49,540 bases of DNA from Candidatus Microgenomates bacterium (GTDB taxonomy: Bacteria; Patescibacteriota; Microgenomatia; UBA8517). This document shows positions 34,938 through 44,685 of the stretch, piece by piece. Positions within the stretch are counted from its first letter, which is position 1. Every line of letters starts with the position of its first letter. The stretch lies in NCBI GenBank assembly GCA_016784385.1, contig JADHUT010000004.1, positions 1-49,540 on the forward strand, given 5' to 3'. The position numbers were made by a program, and so were the translations under genes. The notes under the pieces are model-generated. The model did not search any database. It worked only from the letters and a program-made list of their open reading frames with translations, and had not been told where the DNA came from.

Positions 34938-36780
34938 ACCAGGGTGTTAACCAACTTGTCTGTGTTTTAACAGAATATAGTATGACCTTAGCTTTAGAAT
35001 ATTCTCCCTTTTTGTAATATCTTTCAGATTTTTCAATTTGTTTTTTGAGTGAGTTGTATACTTTTTCAGACTTAAGCCTTTTCCTCCCAAACAATTTGTA
35101 AATATTTCTTAACCCTTTTTTGTTTTTCTTGGGCTTTTTATAATCCTTGTCATAATTAATCAATTTATTTTTATACGCATTTTCCAAATCGGAAAGAATT
35201 TGTTTGTATGTTGTTACAACATTGTTTTGTGTATTGAAAGACACTGGATATTGGTCTTTTTCGTTTTCGAATATGTACCCATCAAAGTTTTGTTTAATTA
35301 CATTTCCTTCTTCGTCATATAAATAAACATCCAACTGATATGATCCACCTCCACCACCCACAGATAGTGTGTACGATCCATTGGTCGGTTTTGAGAAGAG
35401 TAAAATAGACAGTGTTTCTCCATTTTCAGTTGTGGTACCTTCTTCAACAATAGGACCTTCAAGAAAATTTTGGGTAGGTACCAAATTACCAAATTCATCA
35501 AAAAGCTGTAGCACAATATTTTCATCAGCGACAAACATCATGTATGAAAGATCTGTTTGGCTTGGTGTAAAGGTGTTAAGTGCCAAAAGATTTGGGTATG
35601 AAGCAAGTGTATCTCTACCTGAATATCCTGGATCGTTAATTTCAAAAGATGAACCAGTCTCACCCTTGCTGACTACAAAGTGACCTGGGACTTTTACAAT
35701 TGCCGGCCTATCATTTTCAAGCTCATTCAATATATTTTCAGATGTAGGTGGTAAACGTAAATATTCAAGTCTTGGATGAGAAAATCTGCTTACTGCAAGC
35801 CAATTTATAAGACCATTTCGTACATACCCATCAGGTTCATTGTTTAGCCAATCATTTAAAATATCAGGAGTAACAAAATTAAATCCGTGATACTGAAGTA
35901 CCATGGCTGCAGAGGTCAATGCACAACCAAGAGCAGAAATTGTGGAAGAAGTGTGATCATATATTTCATTCTCCCACCCACCCACAAATTGTTTTATATC
36001 TGGAACAGGCAAAGAGATATATAAAGGTGTTGGGGAAGGAGATGGTGTGGGTGAAGGGCTTGCAGAAGGTGATGGACTTGGGCTGGGAGTGGTAGTTGGT
36101 ATGGGAGATGGTGTGGATGTATCAATTGATTTCACTTCAATATTGTCAAAAAGAATGTTTGCGCCTGATGATCCAGCAAATGAGGCTAATGCCACACGTC
36201 CAGTTAAAAATGGACTAGAATGATCTGTGAAATCAATTGAAGGAATTGACGAATTATTGATAAAGAGTTTGATGTTATTATCTTGTAGTTTTATGTTGAT
36301 ATGCGAAAGTGAATTGTTGGGTATAGATAGATTGGTGTTAAGTTCTAAACGGGTACTAATGGAAGGATCAAACTTTACAAGCACAATCCTGTCTGCTTTT
36401 AGGTGTAACATGTATCCAACCGGAAGATCTAATTGTGAATTTGCTGTTGACCTTTGATTTTGGACTCTAAAAAAAATATTTCGATCAGTTCCAGTTTTAG
36501 GAAAAATATCAAAAGAGAATTCATAGTTGGTCCAGGTAAAGTCTCCAGCCTGAATTTCTGCATTATTTGATGGTGAAGTAGACGTTTCTAACCACTTAGA
36601 TGAATTATTGTCGACGATGCTCCAAGAACCATCATGTATGGTCCAGCCATTAAGATTGTTTTGCTCAAAATCATCCTCAAAGAGAATATTTGATGAATTA
36701 ACAGTATGGGGTTGTATTAGAAAAGTATAAGTCAGAAAAAATAGTGAAAATATGTAGAATATTCTTTTCTTGAAAGACAT
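34873..36780 (-). CDS. Secreted multidomain protein: LamG/DUF1080-like, Pro/Ser/Thr linker, papain-like C39-type peptidase domain, PPC-like domain
   Basis: Signal peptide MSFKKRIFYIFSLFFLTYTFLI (start moved to 36780). FEDDFEQNNLNGWTIHDGSWSI is a LamG/DUF1080-type block. The linker is TPSPIPTTTPSPSPSPSASPSPTPSPSPTP. ALGCALTSAAMVLQYHG supplies a Cys and VPGHFVV...INDPG a His. GSYTLSVGGGGGSYQLDVYLYD is a PPC-like block. Confidence 0.6.
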   Translation of the reverse strand: MSFKKRIFYIFSLFFLTYTFLIQPHTVNSSNILFEDDFEQNNLNGWTIHDGSWSIVDNNSSKWLETSTSPSNNAEIQAGDFTWTNYEFSFDIFPKTGTDRNIFFRVQNQRSTANSQLDLPVGYMLHLKADRIVLVKFDPSISTRLELNTNLSIPNNSLSHINIKLQDNNIKLFINNSSIPSIDFTDHSSPFLTGRVALASFAGSSGANILFDNIEVKSIDTSTPSPIPTTTPSPSPSPSASPSPTPSPSPTPLYISLPVPDIKQFVGGWENEIYDHTSSTISALGCALTSAAMVLQYHGFNFVTPDILNDWLNNEPDGYVRNGLINWLAVSRFSHPRLEYLRLPPTSENILNELENDRPAIVKVPGHFVVSKGETGSSFEINDPGYSGRDTLASYPNLLALNTFTPSQTDLSYMMFVADENIVLQLFDEFGNLVPTQNFLEGPIVEEGTTTENGETLSILLFSKPTNGSYTLSVGGGGGSYQLDVYLYDEEGNVIKQNFDGYIFENEKDQYPVSFNTQNNVVTTYKQILSDLENAYKNKLINYDKDYKKPKKNKKGLRNIYKLFGRKRLKSEKVYNSLKKQIEKSERYYKKGEYSKAKVILYSVKTQTSWLTPWFIDSEVSLALISNLQALISSL

Positions 36781-36811
36781 CCTATACTCATAACACATCA
36801 TTTTATTTTTT

Positions 36812-36840
36812 TTGTCAAGTTTCACCCATACTGTTACACT
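36812..36840 (+). promoter_or_regulatory. Promoter of the methyltransferase/glycan operon
   Basis: TTGTCA (36812-36817), a 17-nt spacer, then TGtTACACT, an extended -10 ending at 36840. The ATG follows 6 nt later at 36847. Confidence 0.5.
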
Positions 36841-36846
36841 TGTTGG

Positions 36847-37575
36847 ATGATAAATTATGATGACTGGCATAACAATTCAACTCTTCAGAAAAAGATAATT
36901 GGAGAGAAAAATTTTACTTATAGACATTTTTTAGAAAAAGTAATTCCAAATATAAAAAAATCTACAGAACTTCTGGATGTTGGTTGTGGTGTTGGTACCA
37001 TAGATTTTTTTCTTGCAAAGAAAGTCAAAAAGGTTGTTGGTATAGATGTGTCTGAAAATTCTATAAAAATAGCACAAAGAAACGCAAAGCTACTTAATTT
37101 AGAGAAAAATCTTGTCTACATGGTGATGAATTTCCCAGAAGACGTTCCCAATATGAAATTTGACTTAGTAGTTTGCTCTGAAGTGCTCGAACATCTAAAA
37201 GATGATTCGAAAGCGGTTGTACAAATTTATTCTTTATTAAAACGAGGTGGAGTTTCAATAATATCAGTTCCATTGAATTCTGCTCCATTATATAAATTAG
37301 GTTTAATGGGAGGCTTTGATAAAAAGGTTGGACATCTACGTAGATATTCAGTAGAAGAAGTCGTAGACCTTTTAGAAAATAATGGTTTTAAGATAAAGAA
37401 AACATTTCTTGTAGAAGGAATGTTTAGGAATTTTTTATTCACTCACCGTATAGGGAACTTCTTTGTCCGAGTAGCCAATAGGTTTAGTTTTGTGTCGGAT
37501 ATCTATACCGCTATTGATGTTTGGCTAGGTAAACTACTTGGTTTTTCAGATGTGTATATAATCGCCAAAAAATGA
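36847..37575 (+). CDS. Class I SAM-dependent methyltransferase
   Basis: Motif I LLDVGCGVGT, then GIDVS and VVCSEVLEHL. Confidence 0.8.
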   Translation: MINYDDWHNNSTLQKKIIGEKNFTYRHFLEKVIPNIKKSTELLDVGCGVGTIDFFLAKKVKKVVGIDVSENSIKIAQRNAKLLNLEKNLVYMVMNFPEDVPNMKFDLVVCSEVLEHLKDDSKAVVQIYSLLKRGGVSIISVPLNSAPLYKLGLMGGFDKKVGHLRRYSVEEVVDLLENNGFKIKKTFLVEGMFRNFLFTHRIGNFFVRVANRFSFVSDIYTAIDVWLGKLLGFSDVYIIAKK

Positions 37576-38435
37576 AAATACTCTTTATTTCTCACTATTG
37601 CCCTCCACACATAGGTGGTGTGGAAAAACACGTAGAAAGTATTTCAAAAGTATTAAAAAAGAACGGCCATAAGGTAGTAGTAATTGCAAAAGATCATCCT
37701 TTAAAATATCCAGACATAAAATTCGTAGGACTCATAAAAATTTGGGTGGAACTGTTTAAATTGCGAAAAGTAATTAAAGATTCTGATGTAATACATATTC
37801 ACGACGTGTTTATTTGGTATTTACCATTTAGATTTCTTTACCCCAACAAAAAAGTATACATAACCTTTCATGGTGGTAGGCAAGATTTTCCTTCTGTTCC
37901 TTTTAAGTATAAATTTTTTTTAAAAATTGCCCATAAATTAACAGATGGCTCTATTGCAGTTGGTGGTTATATAGGAAAGTATTTTCAAATAAAACCAAAC
38001 GCAGTGATTTATGGAGGTGTATCAAAGAACAAACCTACTAGAGTAAAAAACAAAATCAAAAACAGTATTGTTTGGCTCGGTAGGTTAGATAAGGAATCTG
38101 ATTTGCCACAGTTTTTAGATTGGCTCAAAAATGAAAAGAGAAAATATAAAGTTGTGTTTGTGGGTGATGGAGATATGAAGAAGGAGTGCAGCAAATTCGG
38201 AGAAGTAGTGGGTTTTGTTAAAGATCCAAAAGCCTACATATCAAAGCCGGAAATTGTAGTTCCTGTCGGTTATTTGTCATACCTAGAAGCAAAGCAAGCT
38301 GAAGCCACAGTCATGACTTTCCCTAAAACTTCAATGAAAAAAGATTATTGGAGGGGGATTGAAAAGCTTTCAATTGTTCCAACTTGGGAAAGTGTAGTTG
38401 ATGTATATTTGAAACTATGGGGGACGACAGATTAG
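37572..38435 (+). CDS. Glycosyltransferase, GT4-like (short)
   Basis: MKILFISHYCPPHIGGVEKHV N-terminus and VFVGDGDMK in the C-terminal half. ATGA overlap with the upstream gene. Confidence 0.6.
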   Translation: MKILFISHYCPPHIGGVEKHVESISKVLKKNGHKVVVIAKDHPLKYPDIKFVGLIKIWVELFKLRKVIKDSDVIHIHDVFIWYLPFRFLYPNKKVYITFHGGRQDFPSVPFKYKFFLKIAHKLTDGSIAVGGYIGKYFQIKPNAVIYGGVSKNKPTRVKNKIKNSIVWLGRLDKESDLPQFLDWLKNEKRKYKVVFVGDGDMKKECSKFGEVVGFVKDPKAYISKPEIVVPVGYLSYLEAKQAEATVMTFPKTSMKKDYWRGIEKLSIVPTWESVVDVYLKLWGTTD

Positions 38436-38710
38436 TCTTCATCTATTAATGCAAGTTTTAGTTCATCTCTCAAAAAAGGAATAATTCCTTTTCCGTATTT
38501 TTGTATTTTTCTTTCAGCAGATTGTCGTAAAAGTGCTCTTTGTTGTTGGTGGGTTTTTCCTGAAGTTCCACCTAAGGTGGCGACACTTGCTAATGCTACG
38601 ACAGCATGGCCATAATTAGTTTCGGCAAAATCTCCCACATTCCTATCTTCCACACTTTTTATAAAAGTCTTGATCTCAGGAGGAAGACTTGGTGATTCTT
38701 TTTTAGCCAT
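38432..38710 (-). CDS. Hypothetical protein (92 aa)
   Basis: ORF only. Confidence 0.35.
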   Translation of the reverse strand: MAKKESPSLPPEIKTFIKSVEDRNVGDFAETNYGHAVVALASVATLGGTSGKTHQQQRALLRQSAERKIQKYGKGIIPFLRDELKLALIDED

Positions 38711-38753
38711 GCCTGTATTTTACCTTAATGAATAAAAAATATAAAATATTGAC

Positions 38754-39707
38754 ATGAAAATATCAATCTGTATAACAGTGAGGGATGAGGAAAAAAGCGT
38801 AGCAGCTTTGTTGACATCACTTCTCAATCAAAGCTTAAAACCCTTCGAGATTGTTGTAGTAGACGGTGGTTCAACTGACAAAACTTTGCAAATTGTCAGG
38901 CATTTTGCAAAAAAAAGTAAATTAATTAAAATGATGAGCGAGCCAGGAAGTATAGCCCATGGAAGAAATGTTTCAATTGAGGTAGCCCGTGGAGACATCA
39001 TTGTTACAACTGATGCGGGATGTGTCACCAAGCGTACTTGGTTGGAAAAGATAATAACACCACTTAAACACAAAACAGTTGGACTTGTTGCAGGTTTTTA
39101 CGATATGCCATACGACAATTCCCTGCAGGAAGCAGCAAGGGTTTACTTGGGAGTAGTTCCACAAAGGTTTGATCCAACAACTTTTTTGCCTTCTGCAAGA
39201 TCTGTGGCATTTAGAAAATCTGTATGGGAGAGTGTGGGAGGATTTAACGAAAAATTAGATAAAGGTGGAGAAGACACAGAATTTTTCTTCAAATGTGTGA
39301 AAAAAAATGTGAAAATAGTCAGGGTAGAGGAGGCGAGAGTGGTTTGGAAGGAGCTTGAAAATATGGTTGTCAAAGACATAACAAAAAAGTTCTTTATATA
39401 TGCAAAAGGGGATGGACAAGCTGGTATTTGGTGGCACCCTTCTAAACAATTTTCGTCGCACAATATTAAGATAAGTTTGGTGTTTCTCAGGTATATTGCT
39501 GGCTTAATTTTACTTGGTTTTGGACTATTCAACCCTCCCCTATTAACCATACTTTCAATTTTATTTTGCCTTTACCTGATTTTTCCAATTTGGAAATGGA
39601 GAGATGTTATACAAGATTTGAAACCAAGATTACTGCTGCCTGTTATTCAAATCATTTCAGACATACAAGTTATGAGGGGGTTTCTATCTGGAACTTTTCA
39701 GAAGTAA
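38754..39707 (+). CDS. Family 2 glycosyltransferase with C-terminal TM segments
   Basis: ISICITVRDEEKSVAALLTSLLNQS, VVDGGSTDKT and TTDAG motifs, with a hydrophobic C-terminus. Confidence 0.85.
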   Translation: MKISICITVRDEEKSVAALLTSLLNQSLKPFEIVVVDGGSTDKTLQIVRHFAKKSKLIKMMSEPGSIAHGRNVSIEVARGDIIVTTDAGCVTKRTWLEKIITPLKHKTVGLVAGFYDMPYDNSLQEAARVYLGVVPQRFDPTTFLPSARSVAFRKSVWESVGGFNEKLDKGGEDTEFFFKCVKKNVKIVRVEEARVVWKELENMVVKDITKKFFIYAKGDGQAGIWWHPSKQFSSHNIKISLVFLRYIAGLILLGFGLFNPPLLTILSILFCLYLIFPIWKWRDVIQDLKPRLLLPVIQIISDIQVMRGFLSGTFQK

Positions 39708-39712
39708 AACTT

Positions 39713-39763
39713 GATACTGACCGAACACTCTTTTTATTAATTGAGTGACAGCTGGTCAGTATC
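39713..39763. terminator. Candidate bidirectional terminator hairpin between convergent genes
   Basis: GATACTGACC (39713-39722) pairs with GGTCAGTATC (39754-39763). An inner CACTC/GAGTG pairing is also possible. It is followed by GTATTTATTTTTTC. Confidence 0.4.
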
Positions 39764-39789
39764 GTATTTATTTTTTCTGTTTTGTGTGG

Positions 39790-40035
39790 TTAGTGTACCC
39801 ACCGCTCATTTTTTTCAATTGTGTTTATGGTTTTTGAGATTTGCCGTATTCCCAACCATATTCCTAATAAAAATGACATAACTATGGTTGCCAATATGAT
39901 AATCAGATACACTATCGGCAACTCAAGTATGCTATAGGGTCTTATAGCCCATTGTATGCCTCCGAGTACAATTGCAAACATGACACCGAATACCAATACA
40001 CCGAACAATACACCGAACCATCTTCGTTTCCACAT
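39790..40035 (-). CDS. Small membrane protein (81 aa, 2-3 TM)
   Basis: Hydrophobic segments WFGVLFGVLVFGVMFAIVLGGI and LPIVYLIIILATIVMSFLLGIWLGI. Confidence 0.4.
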   Translation of the reverse strand: MWKRRWFGVLFGVLVFGVMFAIVLGGIQWAIRPYSILELPIVYLIIILATIVMSFLLGIWLGIRQISKTINTIEKNERWVH

Positions 40036-40132
40036 TTTTTGCCTCCTTTAGGCTTCTTGTGAACGACTCTAGATATATTATAGGCCAGGTATAATAAAAA
40101 CACAAGTTTAATGATAAAATTTGGATCACTAT

Positions 40133-41053
40133 ATGAAAAAAGAGAATCTATATATTTTTGTACACCTTCACAAAACCGGTGGAACTACACTAAACAAGCA
40201 TATATCAAAAAACTTTAAAAGTGATGAAGTATTGACTCTTTACTACAAAACACTTGGTCTTAACCCCTTTATAAATAAAAAACAAAATTATGCAAAGATG
40301 GCAGAGAAAGCCATAAAAAAGTTAACACTCGCCCAAAAAGAAAAAGTTAAAGTTATTACAGGTCACTACTTACCATTTGGAATTCATGAGTATTTTAAAA
40401 ACAGAACCCCTGTATATATAACTATTGTTAGAGATCCATATAAGAGAGCCAGGTCTTTCTACAATTATTACCGCACCATGTATGAAAAAGAGAAAAGTAC
40501 TGGTAAAAACAAAATTATATACAGATCTTTTTTAAAAGTTGACGGGAAGATTGTCGATTTTGACACTTGGATAAGGAAAAAGTATGGAACAGGAAAAAGT
40601 GGGCTTGTAACCCAACCCATGAGTAAGTATTACAAGGATCTTGGTTACAAACTATCTGACTTCTATTTCATCGGAATTACAAAAGAACTAAATACAGATC
40701 TCTCCTTTCTCTTTCATTTGCTTGGTGTAAACAAATACTTTGTCAACCAAAATATTTCACAAGACTACATTGGTGGCGATAGATTAAAAGCAAAATATTT
40801 TTTTTCAAAAAAATACGCTGGTAGTATGAAAATTTTTCAAAAAGCAATTGAGTCTAATCGCATCTTCAAGAAAAAATATCCAGATTGGGACAGTGTTATT
40901 GGAAAAATTAGTTTCAGAAGAAAATTATTAACACCATTTACTCAGATTATTTTTGATTTTGTAGAGAGTTTACGCATGCTTTCATCTGTTTTACGCAAAA
41001 GTAGTAAACTATACGGCAGAGTATTAGATTTTTTGAAAGATGGGTTATTTTAA
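40133..41053 (+). CDS. Carbohydrate sulfotransferase-like protein (Sulfotransfer_2/HS6ST-like)
   Basis: FVHLHKTGGTTL resembles the 5'-PSB loop of HS6ST-type enzymes (HIQKTGGTTF). IVRDPYKRARSFYNY resembles the 3'-PB block. ATG at 40133 preferred over TTG at 40121. Confidence 0.65.
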   Translation: MKKENLYIFVHLHKTGGTTLNKHISKNFKSDEVLTLYYKTLGLNPFINKKQNYAKMAEKAIKKLTLAQKEKVKVITGHYLPFGIHEYFKNRTPVYITIVRDPYKRARSFYNYYRTMYEKEKSTGKNKIIYRSFLKVDGKIVDFDTWIRKKYGTGKSGLVTQPMSKYYKDLGYKLSDFYFIGITKELNTDLSFLFHLLGVNKYFVNQNISQDYIGGDRLKAKYFFSKKYAGSMKIFQKAIESNRIFKKKYPDWDSVIGKISFRRKLLTPFTQIIFDFVESLRMLSSVLRKSSKLYGRVLDFLKDGLF

Positions 41054-42293
41054 AATTGCAATAAAAAATGTTTCTTGGTCAGGAGGGCTTCGTGTGTTTA
41101 TTCGTGTATTAACTTTTGTAAAGTTGGCAATTTTGGCCCGTATCTTAACTCCAACCGACTTTGGTTTAATTGCAATTGCCTCTTTAGTGTTGGCTTTCCT
41201 GGAAATAGCTACTGAAACTGGCATAAATGTATTTTTTATTCAAGAAAAAAGGGGTGTTGAAAGCTATCTTGATACAGCATTTGTTGTTTCAATTTTCAGA
41301 GGCATAACTATTTCTTTGGTAATACTGGTGTTAGCACGCCCCGTATCAGTATTTTTCAACTCACCCGGATCTTTAGGGTTAATTTATTTAATAGCGGCAG
41401 TTCCCTTTGTCAGAGGGTTTATAAACCCTTCTATTGTGCAGTTTAGAAAAAAGTTGCAATTTTCGAAAGAATTCATTTTTAGATCAGCAGTATTTTTGAT
41501 AGACACTTTGGTTGCAATTAGTGTTTCATTTGCCCTGAAATCTGCTGTGGGGCTTGTATATGGAATGATTGCTGGAGCCATAGTGGAAGTTATCATCACA
41601 CAATTATTTATTTCCCCTAAACCTAAATTTAAATATGAAACCACAAAGCTTAAAAAAATCATAAAAAGAGGAAAATGGATAACTATGTCTGGAGTGTTTA
41701 ATTACTTATTTGAAAATGTAGATGACATGGCAGTAGGTAGGATAATGGTAGATTCACAGCTTGGAATCTACCAGATGGCCTACAAAATCTCGTCCTTGCC
41801 CATTACTGAGATATCAACTGTGGTCAATAGAGTTACACTGCCAGTGTATGTGAATATCAGAGGAGACTTGGAGAGATTAAAGAGAGCATATTTAAAATCT
41901 CTGGGTGTTACTTTTTTAGTAATTATCCCCATTGGCTTAACACTATTCTTGTGGCCTGACATTTTAGTTATGGGCTTGCTTGGGGACAAATGGTTGGAAG
42001 TAGTTGAAATTGTCAGAATAATGTCATTTTTTGGAGTTATAAGGGGGATTACTCTTTCAACATATCCTTTGTTTCTTTCTTTAAAGAAACAAGAAATTGT
42101 CAGCAAAATTACACTAACAAACATAGTATTTCTAGTCATTGGCTTACTATTCCTAGTAAAACCATATGGAATTGTTGGCGCTGGAGTTTCTGCAGTAATT
42201 GGAGCAATCGCAGGTGTTCCGGTCTCTATTTACTATTTGTATAAGGTCTTTTCAAAAAAAACAAGAAAAAGTAGAAAGAAACATACAATATGA
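41040..42293 (+). CDS. Polysaccharide flippase (Wzx/MOP superfamily)
   Basis: About 12 predicted TM helices and a basic C-terminus. Glycan-cluster context. Confidence 0.7.
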   Translation: MGYFKIAIKNVSWSGGLRVFIRVLTFVKLAILARILTPTDFGLIAIASLVLAFLEIATETGINVFFIQEKRGVESYLDTAFVVSIFRGITISLVILVLARPVSVFFNSPGSLGLIYLIAAVPFVRGFINPSIVQFRKKLQFSKEFIFRSAVFLIDTLVAISVSFALKSAVGLVYGMIAGAIVEVIITQLFISPKPKFKYETTKLKKIIKRGKWITMSGVFNYLFENVDDMAVGRIMVDSQLGIYQMAYKISSLPITEISTVVNRVTLPVYVNIRGDLERLKRAYLKSLGVTFLVIIPIGLTLFLWPDILVMGLLGDKWLEVVEIVRIMSFFGVIRGITLSTYPLFLSLKKQEIVSKITLTNIVFLVIGLLFLVKPYGIVGAGVSAVIGAIAGVPVSIYYLYKVFSKKTRKSRKKHTI

Positions 42294-42865
42294 AATATAA
42301 AACTGCGACACTTAACAAAAAAGATATCACTAACTTCTCTTTAGAGAGAAACAAACTTTTAAACAAAACAAAGTACGGGTGGATTTTTTTTGTTGATAGT
42401 GATGAACAAATTTCAAAGGAACTTATGGATGAATTGATAGCACTCAACCCCAAAAACAACAAGGCCTACATGGTTAAACGTAAAAATTTCTTTTTGGGCC
42501 AAATTGTTGGAACAGACAAAATAGTTAGATTAGTCAAAAAAGGATCCGGTAAGTGGCAAAGAGCTGTTCATGAATTGTTTGAGGTTTACGATGGAGGGAA
42601 TATTGGTATGCTTGAAAATTATCTAATACACAATACAGCCACCAATCTCTCTTCTTATATTTCTAAAATGAATGATTATTCAACACTTCATGCCCTGGCC
42701 AACAAAAAGGAGGGGAAGAAGTCTGGTGTTTTTAAAATTATACTTTTTCCACTCGCCAAATTTATGCAAAAACTACTGACATCTAAAAATGTTGTTTTTA
42801 GTATAATGGCGGCACTGCATAGTTTTCTATCATGGTCAAAACTTTATTTAAATCAAAAAAAATAG
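42290..42865 (+). CDS. GT2-like protein lacking the usual N-terminal region
   Basis: WIFFVDSDEQIS (DxD-like) and KWQRAVHE blocks resemble the C-terminal two thirds of LPS-type GT2 enzymes. ATGA overlap with the flippase gene. Confidence 0.4.
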   Translation: MKYKTATLNKKDITNFSLERNKLLNKTKYGWIFFVDSDEQISKELMDELIALNPKNNKAYMVKRKNFFLGQIVGTDKIVRLVKKGSGKWQRAVHELFEVYDGGNIGMLENYLIHNTATNLSSYISKMNDYSTLHALANKKEGKKSGVFKIILFPLAKFMQKLLTSKNVVFSIMAALHSFLSWSKLYLNQKK

Positions 42866-43983
42866 CACAAACATTATTATTTATATTATTAGTAGTATTT
42901 CCCTTTGGACAAATAATAAAGATTGGATATGTTAATGTTATTGATGTAGTAGTTGGAACAATAGCTGTTTTTACCATGCTTTCTGGGCCAATTTACCCCA
43001 AATGGTACAGATATATTGCATATTTCTTGTTATTTGGGCTATTTTCGTGGGCTTTTAATGCAATCTTGCTTTCAAATGGACTAATATTTAAGGGATTTTT
43101 GTATTTATTTAGATTATTTACTTACTCTTTGCTACCAGTATTTATAGCAAACAATTTTGTCATCAAAGAAAATAATTTAAAAACAAAAGAGCAAAGAAAA
43201 AAAATTGTAAATAGTTTATTAGTGGTTGTGATGGTGGCAGCAGTATTTGGATGGTTACAGTATTTTTTGCTGCCCGACACACGATCTTTTAAAATTTTAG
43301 GTTGGGATGATCACTACTTCAGACTCATTGGATCATTTTTGGATCCAACTTTCACTGCAATCATTTTAGTTTTAGGGGCTATTTTGGCCGCATATAAAAG
43401 AAAAAGAGTTTTGGGATTATTTTTTCTAACCACTTTAGCATTTACCTACTCTCGAGCCGGTTATTTAGCGTTGTTGGTTTCAATTCTATATTTTTCCATT
43501 AAGAAGCATTCTCTCAAACTATTTTTATTTCCTGCAGTTATTTTCTTAATTCTTATTTCAATGCTGCCAAAGTCTGTTGGTGGTGAAGGGGTGAAACTAA
43601 CCAGGACTTCAACTGTTTCAGCAAGACTTATAAACTTTCGTGATAGTACCAAGTTAATATTGAACTCTCCTGTTATTGGAGTTGGACTAAATAATATTTG
43701 TCCAACTAAATTAAGATATGAGATCGAGTCAAACCCAGACTCCCACTCTTGTTTTGGTCTTGATTCATCTGTTCTCTTTTTATTTGCAACAACAGGTGTA
43801 TTGGGAACCATGATCTTGGGATACGCTTTTTTACAAATCAAATACTCGGAAATATTGTTCACTAGTTTTTTGGCCGTGTTGGCGCATAGTTTTTTTTCTA
43901 ATTCACTTTTCTATCCTCATGTAATGGTCTGGTTGTGGGTGTTGGTAGGATTAGGGAGCGAAGTTAACGTCAAGAGAAGTTGA
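42832..43983 (+). CDS. O-antigen ligase/polymerase-like (Wzy_C) membrane protein
   Basis: Polytopic. The FTYSRAGYLALLVS loop is typical of the O-antigen ligase family. Confidence 0.7.
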   Translation: MVKTLFKSKKIAQTLLFILLVVFPFGQIIKIGYVNVIDVVVGTIAVFTMLSGPIYPKWYRYIAYFLLFGLFSWAFNAILLSNGLIFKGFLYLFRLFTYSLLPVFIANNFVIKENNLKTKEQRKKIVNSLLVVVMVAAVFGWLQYFLLPDTRSFKILGWDDHYFRLIGSFLDPTFTAIILVLGAILAAYKRKRVLGLFFLTTLAFTYSRAGYLALLVSILYFSIKKHSLKLFLFPAVIFLILISMLPKSVGGEGVKLTRTSTVSARLINFRDSTKLILNSPVIGVGLNNICPTKLRYEIESNPDSHSCFGLDSSVLFLFATTGVLGTMILGYAFLQIKYSEILFTSFLAVLAHSFFSNSLFYPHVMVWLWVLVGLGSEVNVKRS

Positions 43984-44685
43984 ACTTTCATTTCCTGCTT
44001 TGTCAATGGATTTAATTTCAAAAGTATTAATTCCTTCAGAGAGTGTAGCTGAAAAAGAAAAGGTTCCTTCGTCTGATACTTTTGTAAAACTGTCATTTAC
44101 AAAAACTTCTGCCAAAGGATCTGTTGTTCCATTTATTTTGATTCTTTTTTGTGATTCTCCGTAAAAAGAGTCACCACTGCCTGGTGATTCAATGGTAAGT
44201 TTTGGCTCGTCATTGTCATATATGACTGAATTAACGCTTGTTTCTTGGCTTTCATTTCCCGCCCGATCTTTGGCCACACCAAAAAATGTATTTTTCCCGC
44301 CCTTAAGACTAAGCTCAAAACTAAACTTACCACTACTGTTTGCAACTGTTTCAGAGGATTTACCATTAAATGAAAGTGTAACTACTGCACCATCTTCAGA
44401 TTGACCTTCAATATTGAGAGATTTTTTATTTGTATAATCTGGTAAATTTTCAAATTGTGGAGGTGCTGGAGGTGTGTTGTCTGAAATGTCTATTGGATTA
44501 TCAGATCCTCCTAGGTTTGTAAAAAACGAAGCAAATTTAATTAAAAGAGGAAGACCCAAAAAAAACAGAAAACCAATTGTAACTACAGACAAAATAACAT
44601 ATAGATATGCTTTTTTGATATTCTTTTTCTCTTCAGTCAATGCAAGCCTAGATGTTCTTTTTCTTCTCATGATCTTTCTTGCCAT
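43951..44685 (-). CDS. Membrane-anchored protein with tandem bacterial Ig-like domains
   Basis: Start moved to MARKIMRRKRT (44685). A TM anchor (VILSVVTIGFLFFLGLPLLI) is followed by two similar beta-rich modules ending ...KDRAGNES and ...IDKAGNES. Confidence 0.55.
   Translation of the reverse strand: MARKIMRRKRTSRLALTEEKKNIKKAYLYVILSVVTIGFLFFLGLPLLIKFASFFTNLGGSDNPIDISDNTPPAPPQFENLPDYTNKKSLNIEGQSEDGAVVTLSFNGKSSETVANSSGKFSFELSLKGGKNTFFGVAKDRAGNESQETSVNSVIYDNDEPKLTIESPGSGDSFYGESQKRIKINGTTDPLAEVFVNDSFTKVSDEGTFSFSATLSEGINTFEIKSIDKAGNESSTSLDVNFAP

Noticed and set aside
36781-36870. 5' extensions proposed by the ORF track. Examples are 36781-36870 of the secreted protein, 44686-44802 of the Ig-like protein, 4226-4276, 5882-5914, 15720-15818 and 34257-34289.
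   Set aside because: The extensions overlap upstream genes or promoters and encode non-conserved sequence. Internal ATG codons give canonical N-termini (signal peptide, Rossmann loop, VFDSGIGG and so on).
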